Positions 14,836-29,346 of a stretch of 64,000 bases of DNA are shown here, piece after piece. Source of the DNA: the human T2T-CHM13v2.0 reference genome, Homo sapiens; assembly GCF_009914755.1 (NCBI RefSeq), contig NC_060947.1. One strand, written 5' to 3'. The position numbers and the translations under genes were made by a program. A model generated the notes under the pieces. It did no database searches, was not told where the DNA came from, and saw only the letters and a list, made by a program, of their open reading frames with translations. The stretch's first letter is position 1. Each line of letters begins with the position of its first letter.

Positions 14836-15242
14836 TGATATGGTTTGAATATTTGTCCCCACTCCAAGCTCGTGGTGAATTTTAATCCCCAGTGCTGGAG
14901 GTGCAGCCTGGTGGGAGGTGTTTGGATCAAGGGGGCAGATCCCTCATGGCTTGGTACTGTTTTCATGATGGTGAGTACTTGTGTGAGCTGGTCATTTAAA
15001 AGATTGTGGCACCTCCCCCACTACTCTCTCTCTTGCTCCTGCTTTCACCATGTGACGTGCCTGGTCCTTCTTTGCCTTCTGCTATCATTGTCAGCTTCCT
15101 GTGGCCTCTCCAGAAACTGAACAGATGCCAGCACCATGCTTCCTATAAAGCCTGCAGAACCATGAGCCAATTAAACCTCTTTTTTCCCTAAATTATCCAG
15201 TCTCAGGTATTTCTTTATGGCAATGCAAAATGGCCTAACACA
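14836..15242 (+). mobile_element. MaLR solo LTR (MSTB-like)
   Basis: TGATATGGTTTGAATATTTGTCCCC...GAACCATGAGCCAATTAAACCTCTTTT...GGCCTAACACA. Confidence 0.9.
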
Positions 15243-16779
15243 GCTGGCTAAGAGTTTATTCCCCAAGGACCTGTGTAATAAATATCCTACAGTGTGGTGC
15301 TACTGAACAGTCACTCTGATTTGGCATCTCCTACGGCTGAATTACAGAGCAGAGTTTCCAGTGCTGAGGATGGTACCTTCTCCCTTTATCTCTGGCTGTC
15401 CTCGGAGATATTTATCTCTTTAGGCACTCCTAATGCTTCCTGTGGATTGAGTCATGAGCAAGTCTCTTATCCGGGAACCCAAAATAATGGAGAACCTAGT
15501 TGTGTACCTCAATTTGACTTTTTCCTGTGTAGAAACTGTGAGTCAGGGGAAATTTTTTGCACACTTGGTGCTGGTGAGATTGGCAGGAGGAGCATTGCAG
15601 GTATGGAAGTTTGATTCTTTTACTGTCTACTTGGAGTTTTTCACATCTCTGTGGCCCTGGGAATTGTCTTATTCCCATATTTGACTACTATGATATTGCT
15701 GATGATAATCTCAGTGTTGCATGTCTGTTCTTGGTTTTCTGTGAGGTGAGGAGGTAGTAAAGACAACTTACTTCTACACCACCATTTTCCTCAATTGGGT
15801 TTCTATATAGTAAAAATGAAAAATCTTTTAAAAAATGAGAAAATATTCCTATTTACATAGCATCAAAAATAATAAAATACTTTAGAATAAACTTAACGGA
15901 GGTGGTAAAAGATGTGTACAGTGAAAACTACAAAACACTGAAGAAAGATATTAGAGAAGACACAAATAAATGGAATGACATCCTGTGTTCATGGGTTGGA
16001 TTAATATTGTTAAAATATCCATATAACCTGAAGTATTTTACAGATTAAATCCAATTCCTATTAAAATTTCATTGATTTTTTTGAAGAAATAAAGTCTAAA
16101 ATTTATATGGAATCTCAAAGGATCCTGAATAGTCAAGCTGATCTTGAGAAAGAATAAAGCTGAAGGCCTCACGCTTCCTAATTTCAAAGCATATTACAAA
16201 ATCTACGGTAATCAAAACAATATGGTACTGATATAAAGACAGACTTATTGACTACTGAAACAGAATAGAATGTTCAGAAATAAACCTTCATGAACTTGGC
16301 CAGTTGATTTTTGACAACAGTGCCAAAACTACACAATGGCATAAAGATAGTCTCTTCAACAAATGATTCTGGGAAAACTTAATATCCACACACAAAAGGA
16401 TGAAGAGGCACCTTTGTGTTACACCATATACAAAAATCAACTCAGAAAGGATTAATGACATAAATGTTAGACCTGAAATGGTAAAACTCCTAGAAGAAAA
16501 CATTAAGGAAAGGCTTCCTGAAATTGGAATGGGCAATGATTTGTTGGATATGACACCCAAAACACATGCAACAAAATCAAAAATAGACAAATGGGACTAC
16601 ATCAAACTTAAAAACTTCTGCCCAGCACAGGAAATAATTAACATACTAAACAGGCAGCCTACAAAATGGGATAATATATTTACAAACCACTTACCAGATA
16701 AGAAGTTAATATAAAGAATGTATAAAGAATGCCTACAACTCAATAATATTAAAAAGCATGACTAAAAAATGGTCAAAGG

Positions 16780-18797
16780 TTCTCTGCACATTGCACCATA
16801 CTGGGAGTCCAGGTGCCAAGGAAGGGAGAAGGAAAAAGAAAGGGCCATGTGCAAATACCATGGCTGCCATCTTGTTTGAGCCCCCACTTCACACCCTCTG
16901 TTCTCTATAATGCATGCTTCTTCCCTCTCTACCCTGCCTGGGCCCTCTGCATTGCCCTGCTTAGCAGGAGTGCAGGGAGAGTTCCTGCTCTTCCCTGGAC
17001 TCCTGTATGGAGGCATTTTTCAAAATGGAGGCATTGCCAAAATGATTTTGTGGCACTAGCAGCAGTAATGCCCAGTAAAGCCTACAGTCCTTTTGGGCTT
17101 CACATCCTGGAAGAAATCCAGAATTTAACAGTGAAAGATTTACTAGTGCAGGAACTTCCACGGCTGGTATTAAGAAGATTATGAAACTGAATGATGTAAA
17201 GATGATCAGTAGAGAAGCTCCTGTGCTCTTTGCCAAGGCAGCCCAGATTTTTATCACAGAGTTGACTCTTTGAGCCTAGATTCACACATAGGCTAAAAAG
17301 CACTGGACTCTATAGGGAAATGATGTCACCATGGGAATTACAAAATTAGATCAGTTAAACTTTCTCATTGATATTGTTTTGACAGATGAACTGAACCCTC
17401 CAAAGCGTCAGGAGGAGGTGTGCCAGTCTATAACTCCTGCCAAGCCCATCTAGTACTACTTCATGCTGGCTTAGCAGCCCTCCACGGTCCAAGTCTAGGG
17501 ACGGCAGCAAGGCCAGGAGACCACCAGCTCTATGACCACCATCCAGCTTGGGTAGATCATCATGCAGCCTCAGCAGGGCCAAATCATGCCCCTGACAGTG
17601 CAGGTTGGAGAAGGTTGGCAGGTGCAGATTGTCCAGGCCCAACCACAGGGTCAAGCCTAACAGTCCTAGAGTGACACTGGACAGACTATGGAAGTTATGC
17701 AACAGATTATTACTAAAACAGGAGAGATCCAGCAGATCCCAGTGCAGCTGAAGTTGGGCCAGCTAGAATATATTCTCTTAGTCCAGCCTGTATCAGGTAC
17801 TCAAGTTGTGCAGGAACAGATATAGATGCTTGCCACCAATGCCCAACAGATTACATAGACAGAGGTCCAGTAAGGACAGCGGCAGTTCAACCAGGTCACA
17901 GATGGACACAAGCTCTACCAGATCCAGCAAGTCACCATTCCTGTGGACTAGGACCTCACCCAGCCCATGTTCAACCAGTCAGTCAACCAGCTCTCCTACA
18001 GGCAGAACCCCCAGGTGACCCATGACTGAGAGTCTGAGCTGGCAAGGCCAAGGACACCCAACACAATTTTTGCCATACAGCCTTATGGTTATGGGTTATG
18101 GGCATAGCCTCCCTCCCCAGAGGACCCGGCTGACTTCAGCACCTCCTGCAGGCCAGGACACTGGGGCACTTAGACCTCACGCCTGGGGCCTGAGATTCTT
18201 CAACAGAAAAATATAATTCTTTTTGTTTTCTTTTTTCCATTTATTTTCCTCCAAGGAATCAATATTTCAATATGTCGAGCTGTGTGTCCAATGCTATGAA
18301 ATGAAAATATTAAATGACATATTTACGACATTTTGTTGAAGAGCGTGGTTTAAGAAATATTTCCCCGTTTGTTTTTCCTTTTTTTTTTTGGTTCTCACTG
18401 CCACTTCTTTTTAGGTGCAAATCTCCCAGGAGTGTCCTGTATCTCCTGACTCTTGGAACAACTGCTGCCCCCAAGATTTACCACCTTTTCTACCCTCAGA
18501 TTGAGTTACGTGAATGTATATAGCTTCATTTTCAGCAGCGATCCTTTCCCCTGACCTCTGTGTTTTTGTATCCCGAGGCCGTGGAAACATTCCTTGCATT
18601 TAAGAGACAAATTCATTCCCCACGGAGAGTGGGTGAGTTCATTCCTACACCCTTCTTTCCCAGGGACCCAAGAAGACTAGAACTTTGGGCATTTGCTGCC
18701 CACCACCCTTTATTTTAAAATGCATTAAAAATTGTGCAAGTTTCCTTTGCTGCATGGACTTCAAACTACATAAAATGCAATAAATCTCGTTTTAGAT
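16780..18797 (+). pseudogene. Full-length processed pseudogene of NFYC (NF-Y subunit gamma); pseudo-CDS ~17042-18029
   Basis: Colinear and intronless: [85 protein letters not shown] (TGA 18027-18029). Many stops and frameshifts; UTRs present; AATAAA at 18779-18784; TSD-like TAAAAAATGGTCAAAGG (16763-16779) / TAAAATAGTGGGCAAAGG (18798-18815). Confidence 0.95.
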
Positions 18798-19314
18798 TAA
18801 AATAGTGGGCAAAGGACTGGAACAGACACTTTTCCAAAGAAGTTATACAAATAGGCAAAAATCACATGAAAAAGTGTGCAACATCATTAGTGATCAAGAA
18901 AATGCAAACCACTGTCTCAATGAGATATCGTGTCATACCTGTTAGGATGGCCACTATCAAAAAAAACAGAAAATAACAAGTTTTGGTGAGGATGTGGAGT
19001 AATTGAAATCGTTACACATTGTTGTTGGGATTGTAAAATTGTGCAGCCACTGTGGAAAACAGTATTATGTTTCCTCATAAGTTTGAAAATAGGAGCACTA
19101 CTACTATATGATCCAGGAATCTTACTTCTGGGTATTTATCCAAAAGAATTAAAAATTGAATCTTGAAGAGATATTTGCACATCCATCTTCACTGCAGCAA
19201 TATTCACAATAGCCAAGATGTGGAAGCAACCCAAATGATCATGGATGGAGGAATAGATAAACAAAATGTGGTACATATACAATCAAATATTATTCAGTAT
19301 TAAAAGAGAAGGAA

Positions 19315-19596
19315 ATCCCAGCACTTTGGGAAGCCGAGGTGGGTAGATCACCTGAGGTCAGGGGTTCAAGACCAGCCTGGCCAACATGGTGAAACCCCAT
19401 CTCTACTAAAAAATACAAAAGTTGGCTGGGTGTAGTGACAAGTGCCTGTATTCCCAGCTACTCAGGAGGCTGAGGCAGGGAGAATTGCTTGAATCTGGGA
19501 AGTGGAGGTTGCAGTGAGCCAAGATCACGCCACTGTATTCCAGCCTGGGCAACAGAGCGAGACTCCATCTCAAAAAAATAAATAAATAAATAAAAA
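19315..19596 (+). mobile_element. AluS, ~25 nt 5'-truncated, followed by (GA)n
   Basis: Starts at ATCCCAGCACTTTGGG; flanked by AGAGAAGGAAATCC / AGAGAAAGAAATCC. Confidence 0.95.
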
Positions 19597-19949
19597 GAGA
19601 GAGAGAGAGAGAGAAAGAAATCCTGGCACAACAACATGGATCAACCTTGAGGACATCATGCTAAGTGAAATAAGTTAATCACAAACACATATATAAGATA
19701 ACTAAATTAAACAAACTTACAGAAACAGAAAATTGAATTATGGTTGTCAGGGTAGAGGAAGGGGAAACGGGCAGTTTTATCAATGGGTAATAGACTTTCA
19801 GCCATGCAAGATGAAAAAGTTCTAGATAGATATCTGCTGTACAACATCGTGCCCATAGTTAAAAATACTGTACTTGTCAACTTAAAAATTGTTTAGAGGG
19901 TATATTTATTGTGTCTGTTTTACCACAATAAAGAAAATGGGTTGATTAA

Positions 19950-20350
19950 TGTGGAGGACATGAAACTGCACCTCTCAAATACTCCTTCAAAATAGGACTT
20001 GCTGCCCAGCTATGTGGAGTTCTGTTAGCTGACTATCTTCTTTTGTCAGCTCCTACAGAATTTGTCTCAGCTGCAGAGTGTCTCCTGGTTAAACCCCACC
20101 TGGCAACCCATGTCCCCTGACTGATGGGGCTTAGAGACCCAGACATTTTATCCTGATTGCAGAGACTCTGAAAGACAATACCGGGCTCCTACTTGATTTG
20201 GCCAATGACTCGTGGAACCTGCATAGCTGTTCTTCCTTTGTCCAAATATGCTTCCTCCCATTTTCTTAAGCAGAAATCGATCTCTGTCTGCTTCCCACAA
20301 AACCAATTGCTGAAAATTCTTGACTGAATGTCACACTTTTGGCGACCCTG
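19950..20350 (+). mobile_element. LTR16-like ERVL LTR (ancient)
   Basis: TGTGGAGGACATGAAACTGCACC...GGACTTGCTGCCCAGCT...TCAGCTGCAGAG. Confidence 0.55.
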
Positions 20351-23093
20351 CTGATAGTTACAATACAGTCTTTTCTGGTAGTCGAAATATATCTTCGATG
20401 AGGATCTCAAATTCTTTCCATCTGTCCATCCATACATCTGTCATCCTACATATGCAGTCAAAACTTCCAAGTGTCTTTTGTGTGCTATGTGCTGGCTTCT
20501 GTCTTTAAAAAGCTTTTACTCAAACAGAATAAATAAAACATTTATGTGCAAGATGACTATGAAAGGAGTAGGGCAGAAATAGAAAGTAAATAAACTCTGC
20601 CAGACTGACACAATATAGAAGCACAGAATTACAGTGGTGGTAGTGAGAGTGAAAAGGGATGGATAGGAAAAAAGAGTGATTTTTGGTGAAAAAAACATAA
20701 CAGGAGGTGGTGACTGATGGCAATGTGAGACATCTAAAATCCTTTGAAAGGAAAAAAAACTAAAAAGCATCGTATAGGTGCATATAGGCTTTCACAGATC
20801 AATTGCTGTAGCTTGCTCTAAACATCTTAAAAGTTTATCCATTGAATAGAACAAACTTTAAACCTTGTTAATGAAAGTCATGTTCTAGTTATAACTAGCA
20901 CGTGGTTTTAAAAATCCTAGGTCTTTCTTGCTGGTTTGGTTACTGTGATCAGTGAAGTAGTTCTTTTATTTTATTTGTTAATTAAATAACCTATATCCCA
21001 CTGATATCCCACATATAACATTTCTAGTGATTAGTAACTACAAACTTGATTAGCCAATTTATTGAAATCACTATGCACATTGATTCTGTTTTAAATTTTT
21101 TTGATGTCTCTCTTTCCTCCTACATTTACTCTATAGTTCTCTTGATAACTGTTAACTTCAACAGTTAAAATTCAAGGTTTAATATGGGTTTATTTTTAAG
21201 GGTTTATTTTTCCAATTTCTAAGTCCAGCAGCAAATCTTAGCTCCATGATCTTAATAATATTTCCTCTGTAACAGTGAGAGTCAGTCTCCAACTGAATTT
21301 TGTAGCAATCAAGGTTTGTAAATATCTAAATCTAACCTTTTGCAGTGTCTTGCTAGACATAATGCTTTCCTGTTATTATACTCTAGCCTGTATTCAAGCT
21401 GAAGAGCAGTGGTTTTATACTTTTCGAATACTGAAAATGTTTTAACCTAAAGCTACTAGATCCTCTGCATGACAGTACTTACATTTTACTCTGTCATTGT
21501 TGTTTTTGAAACAACAATTTACTCTAAATTCAACAACACTTTGAAGGAAATTTTTATTGTACTAAATATTAGGGCATGAACTGAAATCCATAAGATCATG
21601 TTTAAAAACATCTTATGCAAATCATTTGTTAGACGGTTGTGCATGAGGACAAGTGGAGTGTGTCAACTGCTTTTTATGATTTTGCTGCCCCTCAGGTGTC
21701 CCCAGTCCAGAAATTGGAAACCATTTTCAAAGATGATGGAGATTCATTAATAATTTTAGCACTGCAAGACTATTAATGATAATAAGCAGAGATGTTTTGG
21801 ATAGATTTCACAGAACCCTTATTGGAAAAGAACAAAGCAATTAAAGGTAAATAAAGTTTGTCTGTTTCCCTATCATTGGATTTACATCCAATGGGAACAT
21901 TCTGAAAAAAAATCATTTATTTTTGGAGAATTAGTGTGGTAAGGCAGCCTTAGACTATACTTGGTACATTGCAGTTCCCAGATAATTTTATTTTTTACTT
22001 TCCTTCTGTGACACTCCTGTGTGGTCACGTGTCCCTGGGTAATCACACCTTCTGCAATCATATTCCCTCTGAAAGCGATGCCAGATCATTGCCTGGCTTC
22101 CTAAGCTTTTGTGGTCATTTCATTATGGCCTAGTTGGTCTAATAACTATACTCTTGCTTAGGCATTAATACCGAACTTTCAAGCTACAAATTTATAAACA
22201 ACAATATTCTTCTTTAGCATTGTTCTAATCAATGAGAATACGCATTTCATAGTGTGGTTTCAAGCATTTGACTGATGATTGGGGAAAAATATTTTAATAG
22301 AGGATTCTATAAGATGGAGTTCTATCATGATACAGAGTTTATGATCTTTTTAAATGACTTATAAAGCCAACTTTGACCTTAGTCTTTGTAAAACCCCCTT
22401 CGTTTAGAATAGTTTGATTCCAGATATTCCAGGCATAACTGTGACTTCTTTTGGCTTAGTTCACTTCAAAAACCATAAAATCTTCTAAGATATAAAATGA
22501 AAATAACCTACAAATATTATCTAGTCTATTATTTAGATAGATCATGGCTGTCTTAAGGTGCATTAAGAAATTTGAATGAATTGCTTAATAAAACTGTGCC
22601 TGCTGTGTTCATATGAGTTTATGTCATCATGGTGAAAGTTTTAGCTTTTTGTTACCAGCAGGTTGCAGATGTTGATTCACATAATATATTTAAGGCTTTT
22701 GTCCCTGCTCAAGATTCCTTGGGATTCACCATTAAATATGTAAGGATGAAAACAGGAGAAAAGCTATTATTTCATATAGTTTTACAAATTATTTTTAGAT
22801 TCAGCCGCCTTAAGTATTTTAAGGCTTATCACATTACCAGAACAATCTACCATACATCACATTTCTACTCTTTGGATATTAAGACAGTGCAATTTAGTAC
22901 TTTGTTAAAGTAATCTTGTGTATCTTTCTGAATACTTAAAGTATAAATTTTGCCTTTGTATATTTTTGTAATCATAGTTATTTACATATATATTTGTAAA
23001 GACAAAATTTATAAATTTAGAGTATATATACGTGCATATATGTATATACACACATACACACATATGAGCTCTTGCTGAAACAAATATATTTAG

Positions 23094-23830
<737 letters not shown>

Positions 23831-26800
23831 CACATTTTGAACTGTGTTAACAACAGATTATAGTATATTCCTTTAGGGACATTCTCTTGGAAAGAAAATA
23901 TATATTGATACATATTAATCAAATGTAATGACTTAAAATACTGAAAGTGGGTCCTAAGAGAGATTTTCAGATTTTTCAAATTTTTTATAGAAATTCCATT
24001 CTGTTTATTTTACCAAATTACTGGGTATCCAGCAATTGAGATGATTCATGTGAAAACAACATATAAATTTAAGATACTGCTAAATAAACATGTATCTGTA
24101 TATTTGATGAATATCTGTGGATCTCTTATGTGATCTAAAGAAGACTCTGCATTTAGTCTGCTATGCTGCAAATCAGTGGAAGACATTCATATTTGCAACA
24201 TACTGGAATGGATTTAAGAAAATTGAGATTATATAAGAAAATCTATTTTAGAGCACTAAATTAATTAATGTATAATTGCTAGAACTGTTAAATTTATAAA
24301 TAACAGAGACTTTATGGCCTGCAGATAGCATATATTCTTTGTTATTGCAATGCCTAGAAAAGTTAGCTGTAACTCTGCTCCTTTTTCTCCTGTCTACAAA
24401 AAGATTATTGAAAGACATATAAGTAAAAGTAACATTATTGTCAGGAATATTTTGAGTCCAATTTGAATTTTGAAAATGAATAAATCAAAACTCTGGAACT
24501 GTATTCCTAATTAACAAAATGACTTGTGATAGAGTCATTTTTATGTCTTATGACACCATGGATAAACTACCATTATAAATATACATTACAGCACTAGAAT
24601 TAAAATGCACTATTCCATCAATTGTCCTAACATAAATATACTATCTATAGTAAATATTACATATTTGAATAAACATTAACACTTTTCTACATAAGAAAAT
24701 TTACAGGTAAATATTTTTACTAACAGTTATTAAATTGAGAAATATTTTAAATATTCAGATGTGACTAGTGTAAGCTTCTTTACAAAGCTTACTGAAGAAA
24801 CTTCGTTTTCTAGAATAACTTTCCCTGAAGCAAGCATAATCATTCAAAATTATTTCACTGATATTATGTTTTTACTTAAATAATAGGTGGATGGTAACAA
24901 ACACTTCTTTTGGATGGTGATAGTGCTGGTAGAGGAGTACACAGCGGAAAACATTTTCAAAGAGGTGATGTAACATCTTTTCATTTTTCTGTTTCTAAGT
25001 GTATTTAGTACAATAAAAAGCATTGTGGCACTTCAATCCAAAGCAGTGTTAGCACTGAACTCTTTGTTAACCATGTACAGCCACTCCCAGTTTTGCAGAC
25101 ATAATTTCAGGTTTAGTTGCCTCATGGAGAAAGTTTAGATACACAATTCTATTAAGACTAGAGATACCTGCTCTTAGAAACCGTAACCTAGCACTCTGCC
25201 TTCTCCTCTTGTTTTAACCCTGTTGCTATGAATTAAAGCACATTCAATCAAATTCCTTTTCGAACACTAGATCTGTTAAAAATATGTTTAGGAACCTTAT
25301 GAACCTTAGTTAAGACCAGAAAGAAAGAAATAATATTACAATCTTACTGTACGTGATATATTGTCTATAGACCTTCACAGCACTTCAGATGCTATTGGAA
25401 AGCAATAAAATAATGTAATTAAAAAGCTCTTTATCACAAATATTTAATATGAAGCTTCAAAATTTCAACTCTGAGATAATTTGGAATAAACAAGGTTAAA
25501 AGTAGCTTATTTCACTAATGAGGAGCAAAGACTTCAAGATGTGAGATTAGAGTGTCATTATTCTCCAGCTAATTACTGGGCAGATGAATAGTGAGACTCT
25601 ATACACCTTCTGTAATGTGTTACAGGTACTTATCAGGCATTCAACTCAAAATTTTGATACTTAACACCATCATTTGCATCTTATTGGTTATTCTCTACTG
25701 TGAATTTAAAAATTCTTCGGTGATGTACATTTGTGTTTGAGGCTTTTAAAAGATAATTTTGTTTGCTTTCCCTTTTTATTCATGACAGTGACCCCTTTTC
25801 TATAATCCAACAGTGAGAAGGAGTAGAAAATAGAATTAAAACAGTAATGCGCGCCTGGGACTGGGAAAAGAAATATGGTGCTTGTGTGTTCATGCAAGTC
25901 TCTGTGTGTGTGCATTACACTGAGGGAGACAAATGTATTAGACTGAATCACATAAAACTGCCGTTTGTGTAGTTGGTGATGTTATGTAGTTCAGCCCAAT
26001 ATTTTGAGGTTCTTTTGATGCCCACAGTCTTTGTACTAATCTAATTAGTGCCACTGAAGCTTCAGGCATATTCCATCATTATACTTATAACATGCAGAAA
26101 CGTCTATTTTTATAAGAGAAAATTAAAGCAAGCACAAAACAACATCATGAGGACTTCAAAATACCAGTGAGAGTTTCATCACTATCAGGAAATTTTTGAG
26201 TCTACTTTGATCTCTTAAAAATAAATACATATTCCAAAAACTCTGATACTTCATTCTAGTTAAAAAAATATTAACTGTTATGCCATCACAAGAGATTGAG
26301 ATATGCTTGAGTATGGCAACATCAAAAAATATTTATCTAGGATCAACTTGATAAACTCTGAAAGAAAATATCTCTATATGGTAGTTTTAGTTAAAAGTTA
26401 TACAGACATTAGAATGGCATGTTAAATAAGTAAAATTTGCATAAATAACAAAGAAATAATCATTTTCATAATAGGAGTTTAAAATTATTTCCTAATTTAT
26501 ATAGCTCTTAAATTTGATTCAGAAACTATGTTTTAATGAAGCAATCTGAAACAGATCTGAATTATCACTCCTTAATTACTTCTTTAATTATTTATATAAT
26601 AATAAGAACAAAATAATCTAAGGCATGAGAGTTCTAAAGACAATGTCCCATAATCCTAGCTTTCTATGTTTAAGATTGAAAGCACCCATGCTATGAAAAT
26701 ATAGGCATTACAAATATACATTTTTAGAATTGTGATATTAGAACTATTATCCCAGCTGTGAATCAATGACATTTATTGTGTACTGATTTATATCAGAGAC

Positions 26801-29008
26801 TAAGAGATTCCTGTCATAGAACCCTTAGCAGAAGTAAGCCAAATGATATTGTTTGATGAACAAATTCTAAAAAATATGGACTAATAAATAATTAATAAAA
26901 ATATTTGAAAATTAAGTTATACAAAAGGATACATCATAGTAAAAGTGTTAAGAATAATTGATTTTCATTGAATTAGACCAATTATCTTCATATTTCTTAG
27001 TTTCATGTAGTTATAAAAGACTGCTATTTTTAGACAACCTCTTGAATGAATATAGAGCAATTGATTTCCTATAGTTCTAAACCAGAGGAATGATGCATAG
27101 CCTGAAGTTTGTAGAAAATAGTGATAATTTCTGAGTGTGATACTTGAAAACAGATATACCTATCCTGTAAATTTGTATTTATAGAAAATAAAACAAATTT
27201 ATGCATGTACTTCCTCATGATGCTATAAGAGGTATCTGGTTTATTTTTCATCTGCTAATAATGCTGTCCTATGCTGTGCTTTTCAATTTTGGGACCTGGC
27301 TCAGTAGTTTTTAGCTCTAAAAACCGACAATTTAGCTGCATGATGGAGTCCTTCCAGAAGACTTTACATGCCCTGTGAACCCCAGATACCTGAGACAGGT
27401 CTCAATCAATTTAGAAAGGTTTTTTTTTTTTTTTTTTTTTTTTTGCCAAGGTTTAGGGTGCACCCATGACACAGCCTCAGGAGGTCCTGATGACATGTGC
27501 CCAAGGTGTTTGGGGTACAACTTGCTTTTATACATTTTAGGGAGACATAATATATCAGTCAATACATGTAATGGCTTACAATGGCTCCATCTGAAAGGGC
27601 AGGACAACTCGAAAGGGGAGTGGACTTTCCAGGACATAGGTAGATTTAAAAATTTTCTGATTGGTAATTAGTTGAAAGAGTTATTATTAACAGAAAAGAA
27701 TGTCTGGGTAAGATAAGGAATTGTGGAGACCAAGGATTTATCATGCAGATAAAGCCTCCAAGTAACAAGCTTCTGCGAGAATAGATTGTAAAGGTTTCTT
27801 ATCATACTTAAGGTCTCTGTTGATGGTAATACTGGAGGGGTACAATGAGGCATGTCCAACACCCTCTTCCATCATAGCCTGAACTAGATTTTCAGGTTGA
27901 CTCCCCAAATGCCCTTGTCTGAGAGGAGGGATCCATTCAGATGGTTGAGGGGGGACTTAGAATTTCATTTCTGGTTTGCATTCTCCCGCTTCTGGCCAAG
28001 ATTTGCCAAATGCAAGATTTGCCAAATGCCACGAAATTTTTACTCTGTCCTATAGCATTGCTGGAATGACATGGTTGCCTGCCCCAGGTCCATCCTGTCC
28101 CTTGGTAAGACTCCCTGTGCCCAAGGAACTTAGAGTATTAATAAAAAGACTTAGAGCCAGTTGAATGCTTTAGGCCAGATAGGAATGGATGTGGACATGC
28201 ATTCTTTACCCCTTGAATTTTTTTTAAGTAAAAAGTCAACAAACAAAAAACCAAAGACGAGGTTACAAAACTGACTTATCTTTAACGTCTATGCTTTGAG
28301 CTACGGTGATATTGGTTTAATTACAGACTTATGGCAATGAAGTATACAAAACTTAAGGTTTGTTCTGAAATTTTTAATTTTATTTGTTTATAAAATGTAT
28401 TTATTTATAAATTTATTTATCAATTTTAATTATACTTATATGTATATATTTGCATGACTCATAACAGGGAGTATTATACCCAGGAGGCTTTGTCATGGGG
28501 TGTCTTTATCCTCTAAGTAGTTATTTTTTTAATTCTACAGGAAGCAGGAAATTATGGTTGGGATGGATGAAAAGGTGCCACATAAAAGCGCAGAAGGCAA
28601 AATCTCTTGTTTTATAATCTGTTTAGGTATCTGTATACCCACTCTTGATTTGGAGGGTGTGATCTTGACCTAATTCTATGACTCAAAACCAGCCCTTACA
28701 ATCTCATGCACCTACCTTTTCCATGACAGTCCCTGGACCTAGAGGGAAGGTTCTTGTATAGTCTTAGCAGGAGGACATTTGCAGTGAAAAAAACAGATCA
28801 GGCCCAGTGGAATGCCAAATGAGGGAAATTTGCATCTCTGGACTTCAGAGTACCATTATTTTGTTTTCCTTGAAAGTAAAACAAGGAGAGATAAATAACA
28901 TTAATATTTTGACAATCAAAAGAGTATTTGTGTGTCAAAACAGAAAAAGAAAACTATTCCATTAGGCACCAATTACAAATAGGAAGAATAATCTAGTACT
29001 CTCTAGAG

Positions 29009-29346
29009 TAGTAGAGAGTACTACTCCTGGGCCACAGACCGGTACATGTTTGTGTCCTGTTAGGAACTGGGCTGCACAGCAGGAGGTGAGTGGCAGGCGA
29101 GAAGCATTACCAACTGAGCTCCACCTCTTGTCACATCAGTGGTGACATTAGATTCTCATAGGAGCGTGCAAACCCCATTGTGAACTGCACATGGAGGGAT
29201 CTAAATTACGCGCTCCTCATGAGAATCTAACTAATGCCTGATGATCTGAGGTAGAACAGTTTCATCTCAAAACCATGCCCCCGATCCATGGAAAAATTGT
29301 CTTCCATGAAACTGGTCCCTGGTACCAAAAAGGCTGGGGACCACTG
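29009..29346 (+). mobile_element. MER1B-like hAT-Charlie transposon with damaged left TIR
   Basis: GGGCCACAGACCGGTAC...AAAAAGGCTGGGGACCACTG; 8-bp TSD CTCTAGAG (29001-29008) / CTCTGGAG (29347-29354). Confidence 0.88.

Larger units (their letters stand above)
12360..15790 (-). mobile_element. Antisense L1 nested in the + strand L1; 3' end joined to ORF1/5' region by an internal deletion
   Basis: Antisense 3' UTR/ORF2 to ~14120, then ORF1 peptide ELSDQEFKIAVLRKLSDLQDNTKEQ (ORF 14259-14528) and 5' UTR-like sequence. Confidence 0.8.
8066..19935 (+). mobile_element. Near-full-length old L1 (L1MA8/9-like) with nested insertions
   Basis: 5' UTR-like start GGGGAGTGACATCAGC; ORF2 endonuclease/RT sequence ~10190-12350 resumes colinearly at ~15790; L1MA-type 3' end at ~19930. 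Degenerate TSD AAAAGTGGATTAATT (8050-8064) / AAAATGGGTTGATT (19934-19947). Confidence 0.85.

Noticed and set aside
16813-18216. Cluster of 60-120-aa ORFs on both strands
   Set aside because: Off-frame readings of the NFYC pseudogene.
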